A stretch of 64,000 bases of DNA from Gonapodya sp. JEL0774 (Eukaryota), in assembly GCA_027604505.1 (NCBI GenBank), contig JADIIX010000086.1, positions 1 through 64,000 on the forward strand, in the 5' to 3' direction. How positions within the stretch are numbered: position 1 is the first letter of the stretch; the number at the start of each line of letters is the position of its first letter. Shown piece by piece: positions 48,860-61,847 of the stretch. Below the pieces are notes generated by a model. That model was not told the DNA's origin, did no database searches, and saw only the letters and a list, made by a program, of their open reading frames with translations. The position numbers were made by a program, and so were the translations under genes.

Positions 48860-50881
48860 TCATCTCCCACTCCCCTCCACCCCCACCCTCTCCCTCGCAT
48901 CGTTGTACATATCCCGGTACTCGTTGAACCCCCTCTTCCGGTACCCGTCCACCATCGTCTTCGATCTGCGGTGTCCCACTCCCTTGCCGGTGACGGTTCC
49001 GTTGTGGTCGCGGTCGTGGTCGTGCGCGGTGGAGGTGGAGCCGGATCCGGTAGCGGACCCGGAACGCATCCGACTCTGCGACCGGGACCGTATCACGGCA
49101 CGTTCCCTGGGCGTGAGCAAGTGGTCGTTTTCGTCGTGGTGGCTGCTGCGCGCACGGCCCCGATGTCGGTCCAGGTCGAGGTCGGTCGGGTCGGACACGT
49201 TGGCGTCAGCGTACGAGGGTACGTCTACATCCAAAACGGCCGCCGCAGCCCTGGACTGAGAACGGGACCGGGAATGGGACCTGGACGGTTTTTTCCGCCG
49301 AGTGGATCGCTTGCGACTCTTATGTCGACCGTCAGCGTCACCGTACCCGGGGTGTGAGTCCCTCGGCTCCCCGTCCGACGCATCCTGCACGTCCCCGTCC
49401 ACATCCTGCCCCTTTCCCGGCGTCACCGTCGCGGTGATCCTCGTTCCCGTGGATCCCGATCCCGATCCCGAAGATCTGGAGAACACCACAGTTTCGTCAG
49501 AGTCTGATTCTTGGGACGACGGTACAGACACCGACCCCGCCACCATGCTCTGGGACGATCCAGAGTTGCTCACGGGCGTGGATGTGGATGTGGATGTAGA
49601 TGTAGATGTGGATGTGGATGTTGATGTGGAAGTGGATGTGGATGTGGGTGACCACCGCGGCGTGCCGATCACGCTCCGCCGCCGATCCCGCGTCGAAGTG
49701 CGGTGCACGATTTTGGAGTGGGGATTGGGGTGGTGTGACGGGGAGGCAGAGACTGGGACGTCGGCGGGGAGGTGTTGGCGAGCGCCGGCCGGCACCGGGT
49801 TGGTGGGTGTGGGTGTGGGTGTATGTGTGTATGTGTCCCGCTCGTGTGTGTCCCGCTCGTGCACGGGTGACACGATTGGGTTCGAGACGAGGGATTCTGT
49901 AGGTTTCAGGTGCGACAGCCGGTGGCCTTGTGAATGGATGTGGACGGGTTCGGTCAGCGACCGCGCGTGGGTCTGGGTCCACACCTGTGTCGTGGAAGTA
50001 GAAGTAGAAGTGGACCGACGATGGGACCATGGATCAGGCGACTTTGCCGGTACGATGTTCAAGGAGGGAGTGAGGTCGGGCTGTGACCAACGCGCGGGCA
50101 CGCCCAGTGTACCCGAACCCCCAGGCGGGCCACGCACGTCTACCGGGCCATCCCAGTTCCGGTCCTCGGCCCAAGGCAGCCGTTTCCCCCCCATCGTCGG
50201 CGCCGACGACGCATGCGCATACACACGACCGAGTCCCTGTCCCTGTGCTGACGACGCATGCGCGTTCGTGCGGCCGGGTCCCTGTCCCTGTCCCTGCGCG
50301 CTCTGCCGACCGCAGTGGATCGATGGCCTTGGTGCCGTCCGTGCCGGCTGCGGATTGACGGCGGATGGGAGCGTGAGGGACATGGGGGGTGACACGGTGA
50401 GCGAGATGCGGGGTGGACGGTCGGTGAGGGGTGGTGTTGGGAGTGTGGAGGTGGTGGCGGGAGTCGTGGTGGAGGGTGGATCGGGGGGCAGGTGGTCTGG
50501 TCCAGATGGGGGAGATACTGGGCATGATGAGGTTGGGGAAGTGGAGTGAGAGACGAAACTAGCGCACACCGAGTGGATGCAAAAAAAACAACAACAAGCG
50601 GTCTCGAATGGCTCACGGTGCACAGACACGGCCTTCATCGTATCGCGAAAACGTGCTCTCCTGCGGGTTCGCACCCGGCAGTACAACACGGCGGCCAGGA
50701 GGGTCACCATCAGCAGGATCACGGCTCCGGAAACGATCAGGACGATCGTGGTAGTTGTGGTGGTAGCAGTGTCTGCGTTGTTCGTCGTCGTCGTCGTCGT
50801 GGTCGTGGTCGTGGGAGCCGATGCCGCAGGGGGGGCTGCCGGCGACGGAGCGGAGGAAACGGTGGAACTGAGCGAGTCCAT
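48860..50881 (-). CDS. Single-pass membrane protein with a short T-rich N-terminus and a long S/T/P/R-rich disordered cytoplasmic tail
   Basis: 731-codon ORF; likely ATG 50881 (MDSLSS); TM IVLIVSGAVILLMVTLLAAVLYC then RVRTRRRAR; probable in-frame intron ~50540-50628. Confidence 0.6.
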   Translation of the reverse strand: MDSLSSTVSSAPSPAAPPAASAPTTTTTTTTTTNNADTATTTTTTIVLIVSGAVILLMVTLLAAVLYCRVRTRRRARFRDTMKAVSVHREPFETACCCFFCIHSVCASFVSHSTSPTSSCPVSPPSGPDHLPPDPPSTTTPATTSTLPTPPLTDRPPRISLTVSPPMSLTLPSAVNPQPARTAPRPSIHCGRQSAQGQGQGPGRTNAHASSAQGQGLGRVYAHASSAPTMGGKRLPWAEDRNWDGPVDVRGPPGGSGTLGVPARWSQPDLTPSLNIVPAKSPDPWSHRRSTSTSTSTTQVWTQTHARSLTEPVHIHSQGHRLSHLKPTESLVSNPIVSPVHERDTHERDTYTHTPTPTPTNPVPAGARQHLPADVPVSASPSHHPNPHSKIVHRTSTRDRRRSVIGTPRWSPTSTSTSTSTSTSTSTSTSTSTSTPVSNSGSSQSMVAGSVSVPSSQESDSDETVVFSRSSGSGSGSTGTRITATVTPGKGQDVDGDVQDASDGEPRDSHPGYGDADGRHKSRKRSTRRKKPSRSHSRSRSQSRAAAAVLDVDVPSYADANVSDPTDLDLDRHRGRARSSHHDENDHLLTPRERAVIRSRSQSRMRSGSATGSGSTSTAHDHDRDHNGTVTGKGVGHRRSKTMVDGYRKRGFNEYRDMYNDARERVGVEGSGR
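49578..49650. repeat. (GTGGAT)n hexamer microsatellite encoding a (TS)n tract
   Basis: About 12 degenerate GTGGAT/GTAGAT units. Confidence 0.9.
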
Positions 50882-51873
50882 GGCGATTGACGATGGCGGC
50901 GATGGCCGATTCCACCGAGGCTTCACGCGATGGGAAAACGGTTCAAATAAAGTTGGAGATTCGGATTGTTTCGTCCTTCGCTCCGCCAGAAAGGTTTGCA
51001 GGATTTCGCCGAGGTTGCCGCATGAAGGGGCGCCAACATTACCTGGTATGGACAAAATTCACGGCATGCCATAGGGTCCCTTGTGAGATCATCAGTCTCA
51101 TCCGCATAAGCCCATTGTTCTGCATTGTCTTAGATCGTGTCCCGGACTCGCAAAAACTAGCATTGTTGAACCACCTAGAGCGTGAACAAAATGATTGTGC
51201 CCCGGCGAACTGAAGCGGGGGGGCGGGACTGGGGATGACCCGCTGATATTAGAACGCAGGTGCGCTTCCTCTCGTTGGAACAAAACGCTTAAAAGATAAA
51301 TTACAAGTTGGAATGGGATTGATGAATTTTATTTTCCGTTGCCTTCTACGGGGGTTTGAAGAACTTTTGACGCGTGGTGCCTGGTGAGCGCAGTGATAAT
51401 ACTACGGCTGAGTGCTGAAGGACAAAATCGGTTTCCAAAATTTATACGTGGTTCTTTGACTGCGTTGACTTTCTAATACAGTTGGGATTTGGGAGCGAGT
51501 GGTGGGAACACGTGCACGAGGAGAGACGAAGGTGGCCAAGGAAGGTACTATAAATGTATGTACATAATTTCATTGGTTCGTTATCGCGGACGCCGAATGA
51601 GTGGGTCTTGTTCCCAATTGCGTGGGTTGGAAGGGAAGTACGAGGATTTGTAAATGTACACTGGTGACCGGACAAGAGAACCTCCCCCCTCCCCCCCCCT
51701 GCCCGCCCCGTGCCCCCTCGGAGATATAAAGACGGGCATTCTTTGAGTTCGCGGTGAATTATTTGGGGCTGAATGCTGTGGCGAGGTCTGGATTGGCCAC
51801 AGTCTGGGGTTTATGGACTCCGCACTCTTCAAGACTCCCTCCTCCCTCCTTTCGTCCCCACTTAACTCCATTC

Positions 51874-53145
51874 ATGCTGCCCTATCTCAACATCCTCCTT
51901 CTCGGTGACTCCCTCACATCCGGCTACACCTCTGGCTCTGATCACCCATACGGAGTACGCTTGAGAGCCATCCTCTCCCAATCCTTCCCTGACCAATCCC
52001 TGCTCGTCGACATCGAGGGTGTTCCAGGCGACGGTGTGGTCCCAGCCGGCGTTTTTTCCACCTTTCGGGGTAGGCTCAACAAGCGCCTCAGATATGCCAG
52101 TGAGGAGGGCTGGGATTACCACGTCGTCGTTGTCTTGGGAGGTCAGTTGAAAGTAATCCTCGCGAGCGACAAGTGTGTGCGTCCTGTACCAGCGTGATCG
52201 ACATTGTTGCGGGCTTGCCCCCCGCCGTGAGAGACTTCTGCACTCGGATGGGCCAATTGACCATCTGGGTTCATGCACATTTTACGAACGAGCATTGCCA
52301 CCACACTCACACTTCCCATCTGACACCCTCCTACATTCTCCACCCCACCACTCATTTCATTCGCAGGAACTAACGACCTCCTCCAATTCACTGCTGTACG
52401 TTGAAACGGTTGAAAATGTCGAATCGATAGGATGCGATGTGCAGGCATGCCCGCACACGCTCTGCTGCAGAAGTTGATCCTCATCAGTCTGTACTCACTA
52501 CACCTCCACACGTCTCCACATCCACACCTCCACACATCTCCACATTCCCACCTTTCCACATCCCTGCAGCCCCGTATCTTCTCTTCCCTCCGCGACCTCC
52601 ACTCCATCTGCACCTCCCCAGACGACTCCACCCAGGTGCTTGCCTGCACGCTCCCCAGAGTCGGCATGTTTATCGACACGGTCAACGAGCGGTTCAAGGC
52701 AGCGGAGACGACGAGGAGGGAAGTGAACGAGATGATCAGGTGAGCGGGGGGATGTGGAAAGGTCGATCGTCGTGTGGTGTGGAGGGTTTTGTTTCCAGGG
52801 TGGATCGCCACGTGCACCGTGAATCTATATCCACGCTTACTGCGCGTTTCTCCACCCTCGCTGGACACCCTCCACCTGGCGCCCGCAACCCCCCCCCCCC
52901 CCCACGCCCCCACCAGGACCATCTCCCACCCCCGCGTCCACCCCTTCGACCTCTCCTCCGTGCTCGACCACGCCTCCTCCTCCACGCACAGCGCCGTCGC
53001 TCTATGGGACGAGGACGGGGTGCATTGTACAGACCAGGGGTATGATGTGATGGGGGAGTTGATCGGGAACGAGGTGGTGAGGCTGGTGAGGGGCGGGGAG
53101 AGGGAAGGGGGGCGAAAGCCCGAAACAGCGACACCGCTTGGTTGA
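51874..53145 (+). CDS. SGNH/GDSL hydrolase
   Basis: LLLGDSLTSG (block I), G-V-P-G (block II), VLG|GTNDL (block III), WDEDGVH..QGY (block V). Confidence 0.88.
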
Positions 53146-53634
53146 AGCGAGAAAACGTGCGTTGTGTTTACTTATTGAGAGACTCGTTCGCATTGTTATA
53201 TACTTATGTATTGCGCCAAGAGTTGCTCGTGAGTGGGGTGCTGCCCGTTCGTGAGATTTGCATACATACTCGCGCCCCGTAGTCGTACTTGTTAAATTCC
53301 AGATCCCAAGCCCGAGCCCCGAGGCATAACACGACCCACAATCAAACCTCAACTAGTTGGACACGTTGGGACCAAGAAGGGGGTTGCGCGGACCATATAT
53401 TAATGACTCGTAGCACGGCATGGGTCCACAAGGGCTAGCAAGGTTCGCATTTTTCGTGTCTTCGCCACTGACGCAGTGGACCGACCGTTTGTCATCGGAT
53501 TATTATTATACTTTTGTAATTTGTGCAAAGAGTTGTTGTTGTATGCTGCATGAGCTGTGGTCAACAAAGCACCTGCTGGTCAGCCCGTTTCCAAGCACGA
53601 CGAGCTCAAACCGGCTCCCTCTACCCAACACCCC

Positions 53635-54876
53635 ATGCCCACCGCCATCGTCACCGTCCCGGGCATCCCATCACCCGTTTCTGTCCACTTCCCCTCCCCC
53701 TCCTCCAACTCAAAGCCCCGCTCCATCCCCGACCACGATGCCGCAGACCCTCCAACCCCACCCCCACCTGGCCCCCTCCTCGTCGCCCACCTAAAGTCCC
53801 GCATTCACGCCGACCTCGGCATCCCCCCCGCCGAACAACGCTTCCAAACCCCGGGCGGAACACCCCTCGACGACACCGAGTCCCTCTTTCCCCACTCCCT
53901 CTCCCCTAACGACCCGCCCACCTTCCTCCACCTCCTCCTCCGCCTCCGTGGTGGAAAAGGTGGCTTCGGAGCCAACTTGCGGTCCCAGGGGGGTCGCATG
54001 TCCTCGCAAAAGACCAACAACACAGAGGCGTGTAGGGATTTGCAGGGGAGGAGGTTGAAGACGCTCAATGATGCCAAGAAGTGAGTCGGTCGTGCGCGCT
54101 GGGATCCGTGTTTTTTTTGGCTCTTGTTTCTTGTGGGTCGTGGGTTTGATTCCTCGTTTTCCTCGTTGTTTCCCGTTCCCGACGACCTCTCGGTCCCCCC
54201 CCGGCCCCCCGCATACTGCCCGCCCTCCAGACTCGCCGAATACACCGAGAAGGAGCAAGAGCGGCAAAAACAGCGCGCGGCCGACCGGGAACGGAAGATC
54301 GCCGAGGGGCTCCGGGAGCCGGAGAAGCGGAAGGTGCTCTTCAACGACCCGCAGTACGCGGCGGACCATGAGAAAGCATTGGACGAGGTGAAGGAGGCGA
54401 TGCAGCAAGGTGAGTTGGGGGTGGGCCGGTGTGCACGGCACGGCATGGCACCGCGGGATTGTGGTGTGGTGTGCAGCGGCGGTATGGTGAACGCAATGCA
54501 CCTCTTTCTTATTTGCACAGCCATGTCGTTGAAGAGGAAGAAGGCCAAGGGGAAGGAAACTGAGGTGGTCAAGAAGGCCAAACTGGGGCCGTCGGGATCT
54601 GGGATTGCCAAGGCGGGGCACGCGGCGGCTGCTCCGAAAGTCGTGAAAGGATGGTGAGTCGGGCGAATTGATTCTTGTACATGTTTCAAGGCAGGATGCG
54701 GGGTTGGATGTGGATGCTCACCTGTGCCTGTTTTTGGTGACCACACCTGTGGATTTAGGGATGACGAGGACGAGTCGGACGACGGCAGTGACAAGGAAGG
54801 AGACGGGGAGCCGGTCACGGCTTCGAGTGGGGAGGAGAAGGCGGGTGAGGAGGAAGGGGAAGGGGAGAGCGAATGA
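53635..54876 (+). CDS. SDE2: SDE2 (ubiquitin-fold-activated splicing/replication-stress factor)
   Basis: UBL ending [30 protein letters not shown]; acidic C-terminus. Confidence 0.92.
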
Positions 54877-55097
54877 GGGGAAGGTGTGGTGCAGTGGTGC
54901 TTTTCCGTATTACATATATTGCAACTTTTGGGTAGTTTAGAAATGAAAGATTGGGGGAAGCGAAAGCAGTTCGTTAATCGCGATGAATCGGCTTTCGTGT
55001 TGTTGGTGACGAGCGCTGTGCCCCATGACTCATTCACGCAGTCCATATAAGCCCCCCCTACTTTCCAGCTGGACACTCAAAACTCAACTCAACAACA

Positions 55098-57426
55098 ATG
55101 ATGCCAACTGCAGTACAATCAACGCCATCACCCGCGCACCAGAAGCTTCAAGACCGAACCGCCGCCAAGGACATGTTCGTGGTCCCCAAGGCTGAAGAAA
55201 CCATCCACGAGCAGTGAGTTTCTTGTCGGCATCATGCCCGGAGTTCATCTCCACCCACCCACCACACACAATTCACCGTCAAGAGTTTCCTTCATCCACT
55301 TCCTTCCTTCCCTAGACTCCTCGCACTGAGAAAACGCCTCGCGCATCTCAAGAAGGAAGGGGTGTACACCCTCGAGGACGTGGAACACCTGTCAACCGAC
55401 GTGGGGAAGGTCATTGGCGACTTGAGGGACGTGAGGGAGGACGAAGATGGGGCAGGGATGAACAGGAATCATATCGATGAGATATTGGATGATGTGTGGA
55501 CTGGGTTGTTTACGTGAGTTCGCGAGGAGGTGGTGTGACTCATCCGGTATTCAGTGGGGGTCGCGAAACTCGATTTGATACATTCTCAGATCCGTCCATA
55601 TTAACCATTTTCTACCATTTCCCACCGATCTCTTCATCTCATTCTCGACTCACGCCGTGAAAGTCTGTGGGCGTCTGTCGCCAACGTCGACCAGATGCTG
55701 TATCCCCTCCTTGTCAAATTCACAGCCATCAAGCGCCAGCTCGACGACATGGAAACGTCCGGAGCATTCACTGAAGATGATGTGCTGGAGATTCAAGTTG
55801 GTTCTCTTTGACCGGTGCCCCGCGCTCCTCAGTCGTGTTCTCGAACACCGGTCACACCTTTTGTTCCTTGTTCTGTACCGACACATCTTGTAGGAAGCCC
55901 TCACCGACATTGAATCCCGCCATGTCCAGGACGGCAAGTTTTTCTTCAACCCTGCCAAGTTCCCAGATCACGGCAACCCCCCAAGTGGACAGGGTCTTCT
56001 CTTCGTGTTGCTGAATCGTTGCCGTGAGCATCGCAGGTGTTTGGAGAGCTCTACAGGAGGTGCATTATCACGTAAACCCGCCTTGTTTTTTTCCCTCATT
56101 CGAACACCAGGACGAGAAGCCCGCAACCTTCTCCTCGAGACCGACACGATCGAGTCTTACATGTTGAAGGGCACCATGGCCGACCTCGTGCAGGTTGAGC
56201 GCGAGGTGCGGGAGATCCAAAAGAGGGGTTCGTATTCCTTGCAGCAAGTGAGTTTAAGCTGCTGTTGTTGTTGTTCTGTGAAGTCCACGGTTCTGTAACG
56301 CTCTTCCCACCTTCCTCTCCGCCGCCCCAACGCAGGTGCAAGCCCTACAGGAAAGAGCTCGAGAAATTGACTCCAAGCGTACCGGAGGAGTATTTCACGA
56401 CCCGGACGGATCCATACCCGCGGGACAAGCTCGAATCACGGCAGTTTTGGAACGGTGAGTTTTTCGTTCGAGACTTTGTTCCATGGTATGATTGCGAGAG
56501 TTCACGGGTGTTTTGGGAATTTGCTTGCTCTCCCGACAACACTCATATCGGCTGGTCGGATGTTCAGTGTCTTTGACGATCTTCACGGATTGGTCATCGC
56601 GAAAGAAGAAGTTACGGGCCCGTTGAGGCCGATTTACGAAAAATTGGTGGAACTCAAAATTCAATTGGAGAAAATGTTGAGAAACAAGCGGTGAGTGTTT
56701 GTCGTTGTTTCCATCGTTTGAGTATGATGAGTTCCACGATCTCATCACGTACCTACCCCCATCAAGCTGGACCACGACCTACGCTGATCTTGACCCTCTC
56801 CGACAAGCTCTCAGAGAGATAGATGAGCTCCGGTCGCCCGACGGCAAGATCACCCGGGACGACGGACACGGAGGACCGGTGGAGATTCCAAGCGGGCAGG
56901 CGGTGGTTCATCAGTTACTGGCCAGATGCTATCACTGTGTGGGAATGCTGACGAGGAGTATCGAGGCAGTGAGTTTAAGAGGAAGGGGTCGTAACTACAA
57001 CCCAACCGTGTCAATGTCCGACTGACAAGAGGGAGCTCTTTTGCAGATCGCACCGGACCTTGAAGGTATTTACAACCACCTCGTAGAAGCGAGAACTGCA
57101 CTTCTTGAACTGGCAAAGAAGGTGCGGGCAAAGGAGACTGTAGAACTCAGTGCTGTGGAAACGTTGCAGGTTCGCCCAGTTTCTGCTTCATTGCTTCACT
57201 CGCGTTCTCCACAAGCTAACGTCATACACATCAATAATTGTTCCGCGACTTTCTTTCCCACCAGACCACGCTCTCCGAAATCGAATCTCACCGTCGTGCT
57301 GATGGCACTTTCCACACCCAAAAAATGGACGAGAGGTCCGGCAGGATTCCTAGGGGGCAGGCAGTGATCACATCACTGGTTGCGGAGTGCCACGATTTGC
57401 TGGAGGAAGTGAGAGCGGCTTTGTAA
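55098..57426 (+). CDS. DUF2408 (Cub1-like) helical repeat protein
   Basis: Repeated unit L.PIYEKLVELK..LE / L.EID..R..DGK / IP.GQAV...L...C; several introns. Confidence 0.7.
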
Positions 57427-57787
57427 TTCATCTGAGGTTTACCCGGTTTACACGGAAGAAAAAAGTCTTGAAGCGAAGAGCGCACACTCAACTAGCACGA
57501 AGAAAAGAAACTTTGATTGTAAATACTCATCGGTAATATCGTCATTGTCATTTTGTGAACGGTTTGTTTGATGTGCCCTGCCCTGGCACACGCACCCATC
57601 GTTGTGTTGGAAGCGGGCTGCCAACTGTGCTCCGATTTTCTGGCATTTTCCCCCGCAAAGAACGCCCAGCATCGAAGCTCGAGCACTCACCTCTCGCCAT
57701 CGCCCCAACAAATCTCTTCCCATCCCGCTCCGCCTCCCATCCTCAAATCGCCGGACTGACCGCCTTGGACCGCTTCTCAACACTGCC

Positions 57788-59974
57788 ATGGCCTCTTGGT
57801 TCTCCCACGACTCCAAGTCGGATTTACTCAACTGGATCAACGATCTACTAAAGCTGAACATTACTCGGGTGGAGCAATGTGGAAACGGTGCGTTCTGCCT
57901 TGGAACGGTGTGTGGGGCGTTGAAGCGAAAGCCGGAGGAAAGGGATAAAACCGGGCAGCTGCGTAAAGGCGATCTTCTGATTCCACTATAGACCGACTGG
58001 ACATTGCGGGGGAATACGGCGTGTTCGGGAGCTCCTGGCTCGGCCCGAAAGCTGCCTGCAGTTAGTGGGAGCTTCCCGTTGACAGGGCCTGGCGTTTTGC
58101 GCCCCGAGGGACGCTCTGCGACCGCCAGCGAAGTCCCCGGATGCCCTGCTTTTGTATGTCAATTCTGACATTGGGTCTTGACCTGCTGTTATCCCCCCGC
58201 CCGACTTTCCTGAGACCGGATGGCCAAAAATTGTGTTGGTCGGAGATCGAGAAACTGAATTTGTGATGGGACTGCGGCACCGTTGGTTCTTGTTGAACCC
58301 AAAGATATTCAAAAAAATGCTCTCGGGGAGAGACAGCAGCTCGCAGAGATCAAACTGGTTGTGGACCAATGATCCTTTTCAAGCGACACAACTGATTCGC
58401 GTTGCCTCGTATCTCACAGGCGCCATTCACTGCCAACTGTTTGATACTATCTATGGCGATGTCCAGATGAGCAAGGTTTGTTGTTCGTGCCACCTCGTAC
58501 TTCATCCGCAAAGTTCGCCAGTAATACAATACGCACCTCGTCCACGCGTCGCTCATTCAGGTCAAGTTTGATGCCAAGGTAGTCTTTTCCCAGTGCACGT
58601 GCAAAGTCCCCAGCGAAGCCTTCTGATAGGTTTATCTTTCGTGTGCCAGGCCGAGCACGAGTTCGTCGGAAACTTCAAGATACTCCAAAACTGTTTCGAC
58701 CGTCATCGCATACCAAACGCCATCCCCGTTGACAGGCTCGTCAGATGTAAATTTCAGGACAATATCGAGTTTCTGCAGGTGAGCTCGACTTATCAAAATT
58801 TTCAGCCTCGGAAACTGACATATTCTGTTGCTCCAGTGGGTGAAGAAGTGAGTTTCTCCACCAAGCATCTGCAGGGCATCAGTTCAAAGGAGAAGGAGCT
58901 TGGAATGGAATCTCTTGCAGCGGAACCTTCACCTGACATTGTGAAATATCGCTGATGTTTCAGACCATCTGCTGGCGTTCGTGTGTCATTGCAGCACATG
59001 ACTCTTGATTTGGAGATTCGGGGCAGCCGATGGAACGCTTTTTACTGAGAAATGCTATTCTGATTTCTCCTAACAATAATATTTCCTCGCAGATACTGGG
59101 ATGATCACTACCAACCAAACTCCTCTTATGACCCAGTCAAACGTCGCTCGGGCCGTTCTGTCGCACCGGCTGTGGCCATGGTACCGACAGTTATGAGGAA
59201 GGCGGTCGCAGGAACTTGGGTTCAACAGGGAGGTCTGGGAACCGTGGAGCTTGCGAAGGAAGGGGAGGTCGCCACGGCGGAGATGACGGCTGGTCCGACA
59301 TCGAAAAGTGAGTAGTACCGAGAACGTTCCTGAAGACCTTGGGCTGGATACGTCACGCTGTTTACGGCCGACGGTGGTTTTGAGGGTGTGATATGCCTGG
59401 GTTGGGAATCTCCGCGCGCGATTAGTAAGATTATTCATCCTTCCCCTTTACCCTCAGTTCGTGCGGGCAATCGCCGCCCAACCAAGTCCGTGTCCCCCAA
59501 AGCCGCTACCGGTCACTCCCCACCTGGCGCCTCCGCCCCTTCCGCCGCCTCGCACCGCCACAACGCATCGTCGGGTGCTTCCACGTCTACCTCAGCCTCG
59601 GCATTACAAGCCGAGAACTCTGCCCTCCGTACCCAGCTTGTCGCCCTTACTGCGCAACTTGATGTGGCTACACGTGAGCGGGATTTCTATTACGACAAGT
59701 TGAGAGAAATCGAGGTTGTCATGGGTGGAGGTGATGACGACGGTGTGCCTCACGAGGTTCCTTCGACGTTGGAGGCCATGAAGGATGTTGTTCTGGGGGT
59801 GTTGTACAGGACAGAAGGTGTGTTACGCGTGCACCAGTCGCTGCTCACCGTCAAATGCACCTTCCAATTGACTTCTTGTCTTCCATCGTTCCCCGTCTCA
59901 CCAAAGATGGGTTCGAAGCTCCGGAGGAGGACCCTGCGGAATCGAAGGGTGGTCTGGTCGGTGCCGATCTTTGA
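57788..59974 (+). CDS. BIM1: EB1/Bim1/Mal3 microtubule plus-end tracking protein
   Basis: CH domain SKSDLLNWIN..VEQCGNG|AIHCQLFD, NFKILQ, KFQDNIEFLQ|WVK|KYWD; EBH domain ERDFYYDKLREIE..VLYRTE|DGF. Confidence 0.93.
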
Positions 59975-60264
59975 CACACATCAGCTTTCTTGGATGTGTC
60001 TGGCAAGGGCTTGGAAGGATGCGTGTACGATTCCACATGATTTTACGGTCTTCTTTATAACAGATCTTTGCATCTTTGTGCATTACATAAAAGGAAGTTA
60101 CAAGTAAATAAAACCTTAAAAAAAAACAGACAGATATTGAAAAAAAAATTGGCAAAAACAAATCATACAATCTCAGGAAAGGTTGGGCGTATGGTACAGA
60201 AGACCATGTAGGTCAGTTTTAGGTGCAGAGACCGCGCACCTGCAACGGAGCAGCCATTGAGTCT

Positions 60265-61847
60265 TTACGAGCGTTCAGCCGAAAGCACAAATCGTTGCAG
60301 GTAGCCCCTAGAGCGAGGCGAAGGGGTGGCGAAGTGATGGGGGTCAGCGGGAGGAAATGGTGGGGTTGCGAACGCAATACTAATTCAAGGATGACTTCAT
60401 CAAAATTTCTCGGGTCTCAGCTTTCGGGGCTCTTCTGCGATGTTCCCAGTCATGACTGGAGAGCACAACCGAATCCCCGGAGTGAAAAGTACAAGGGTAC
60501 CTCTCAATCGAAGTAAATCGAATCCACCACCCCGGATCAACACAGCAGAAGAAGCTCAGTGCAACACATGCCACACAGCTCACACGCACCCAAAAAAGAC
60601 AAGCACGTTTTGCGCCAGTACTGCAGCGCCAGGGTACTTGTCCTGCGGGGGAGTATTGCCAAAAGGGGGGAAGTAGTAGATGCCGAATCTAGCAGGTGGG
60701 CAGAATGTCGACGAGTGACAATGAGATTGGGCGTGCTAAGGGAAATCACACGAGAAAGAGCGCGTGGGATGAAACATGAGAGGACCTACAGAATGTAAAA
60801 GGCTGTGTCGGGTGGTGAGGAGGATGTCGGACACGGGTCGATATCAGTTTGGGTGGGGCAAGGTCATCATGCTCTTCATCAAGATGATAGTAGGTCCTAA
60901 AGGTGCTGCCTTTTCAGATGTTCCAATTTGTACTGTTCATTGTGTGAGATTTTCGGCTCCCTTGCGTCAATCCCCGCAAGCGTTGGAATCCAGCGCTAGT
61001 TTGGTTCCCGGGTTCATTCACAGTTGTTGTCATCCCCTTGTCGTAAAAACAACATTCCATGTACTATATTTTGTCATCACCAAACCCACCTGCAATGAGA
61101 CCTGCAAAGGTGAAGCAAAAGAATATCAACGCTGTGAACCGCTGACACGGTGTGGCCTCGTCATAGACTCCAAAAGCGGCAGAATCAGACTCCAGCCAGT
61201 GATGAGGAATGGAGTTAATGCTGGGTTTGTGGGTTTGTGGAACTTTGGTGAGCGAAAATGTAGTAACAGTGCGTCACCAGGTGAACACGATGAGCTCACA
61301 GAATCAGGCCGATTGTGGATACGATGCCTGGGATCCTTTTCAGGTGGCCCATAGAATAAGTAGGCTATTCTCATTGATTGAAAATGCAGATGCTTCCGGG
61401 ACGTGTGGGCTCACCAGTAACCAGGTTGCATGGGAGCATCTGAGTCATTCATGTTTGATACGATGGCCGCATCTGGAGAGAGACAAGGGTAATCCCGCAG
61501 CGTAAACATATACGAGAGAATGTGAAATGAAAAAACATGGAGCAAAGGGTGTCATGGTGAGCGAATTCAATTCAGAGTCCGATGAACCCGAATTAGATGA
61601 TGTTTGAGGAGAGAACTCAATACGAGGAAAGACAAGAAACCGACAAAGAACGCTCCAACTTAGAACTCACCAATCAAAATCCACCAGCCCACTGTTGCCT
61701 GCACGAATTGCCGATAAAAAACGGCGGTGTGCGAGGATGAATGGGAAATTGGAGAGCTGCTGGATGGCCCACTGAAAAAGTGATACGTACTAACGCTCCA
61801 GCAGTGAAGGCAAGAAAAATCCGCATAAGCGGAGAGAGTGCGGTCAT
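60265..61847 (-). CDS. VPS68: Vps68/TMEM50 (UPF0220) membrane protein, many small exons
   Basis: Spliced: MTALSPLMRIFLAFTAGAL|ATVGWWILI|DAAIVS..PGY|WIPGIVSTIGLI|LINSIP..FFCFTFAGLIAG..YPGAAVLAQNVLVFF. The last exons are less certain. Confidence 0.8.

Noticed and set aside
49302..50549. 415-aa plus-strand ORF with (VD)n
   Set aside because: Antisense of a GC-rich low-complexity CDS; such stop-free frames are expected.
53791..55076. Long minus-strand ORFs (276 and 423 aa)
   Set aside because: Antisense shadows of SDE2.
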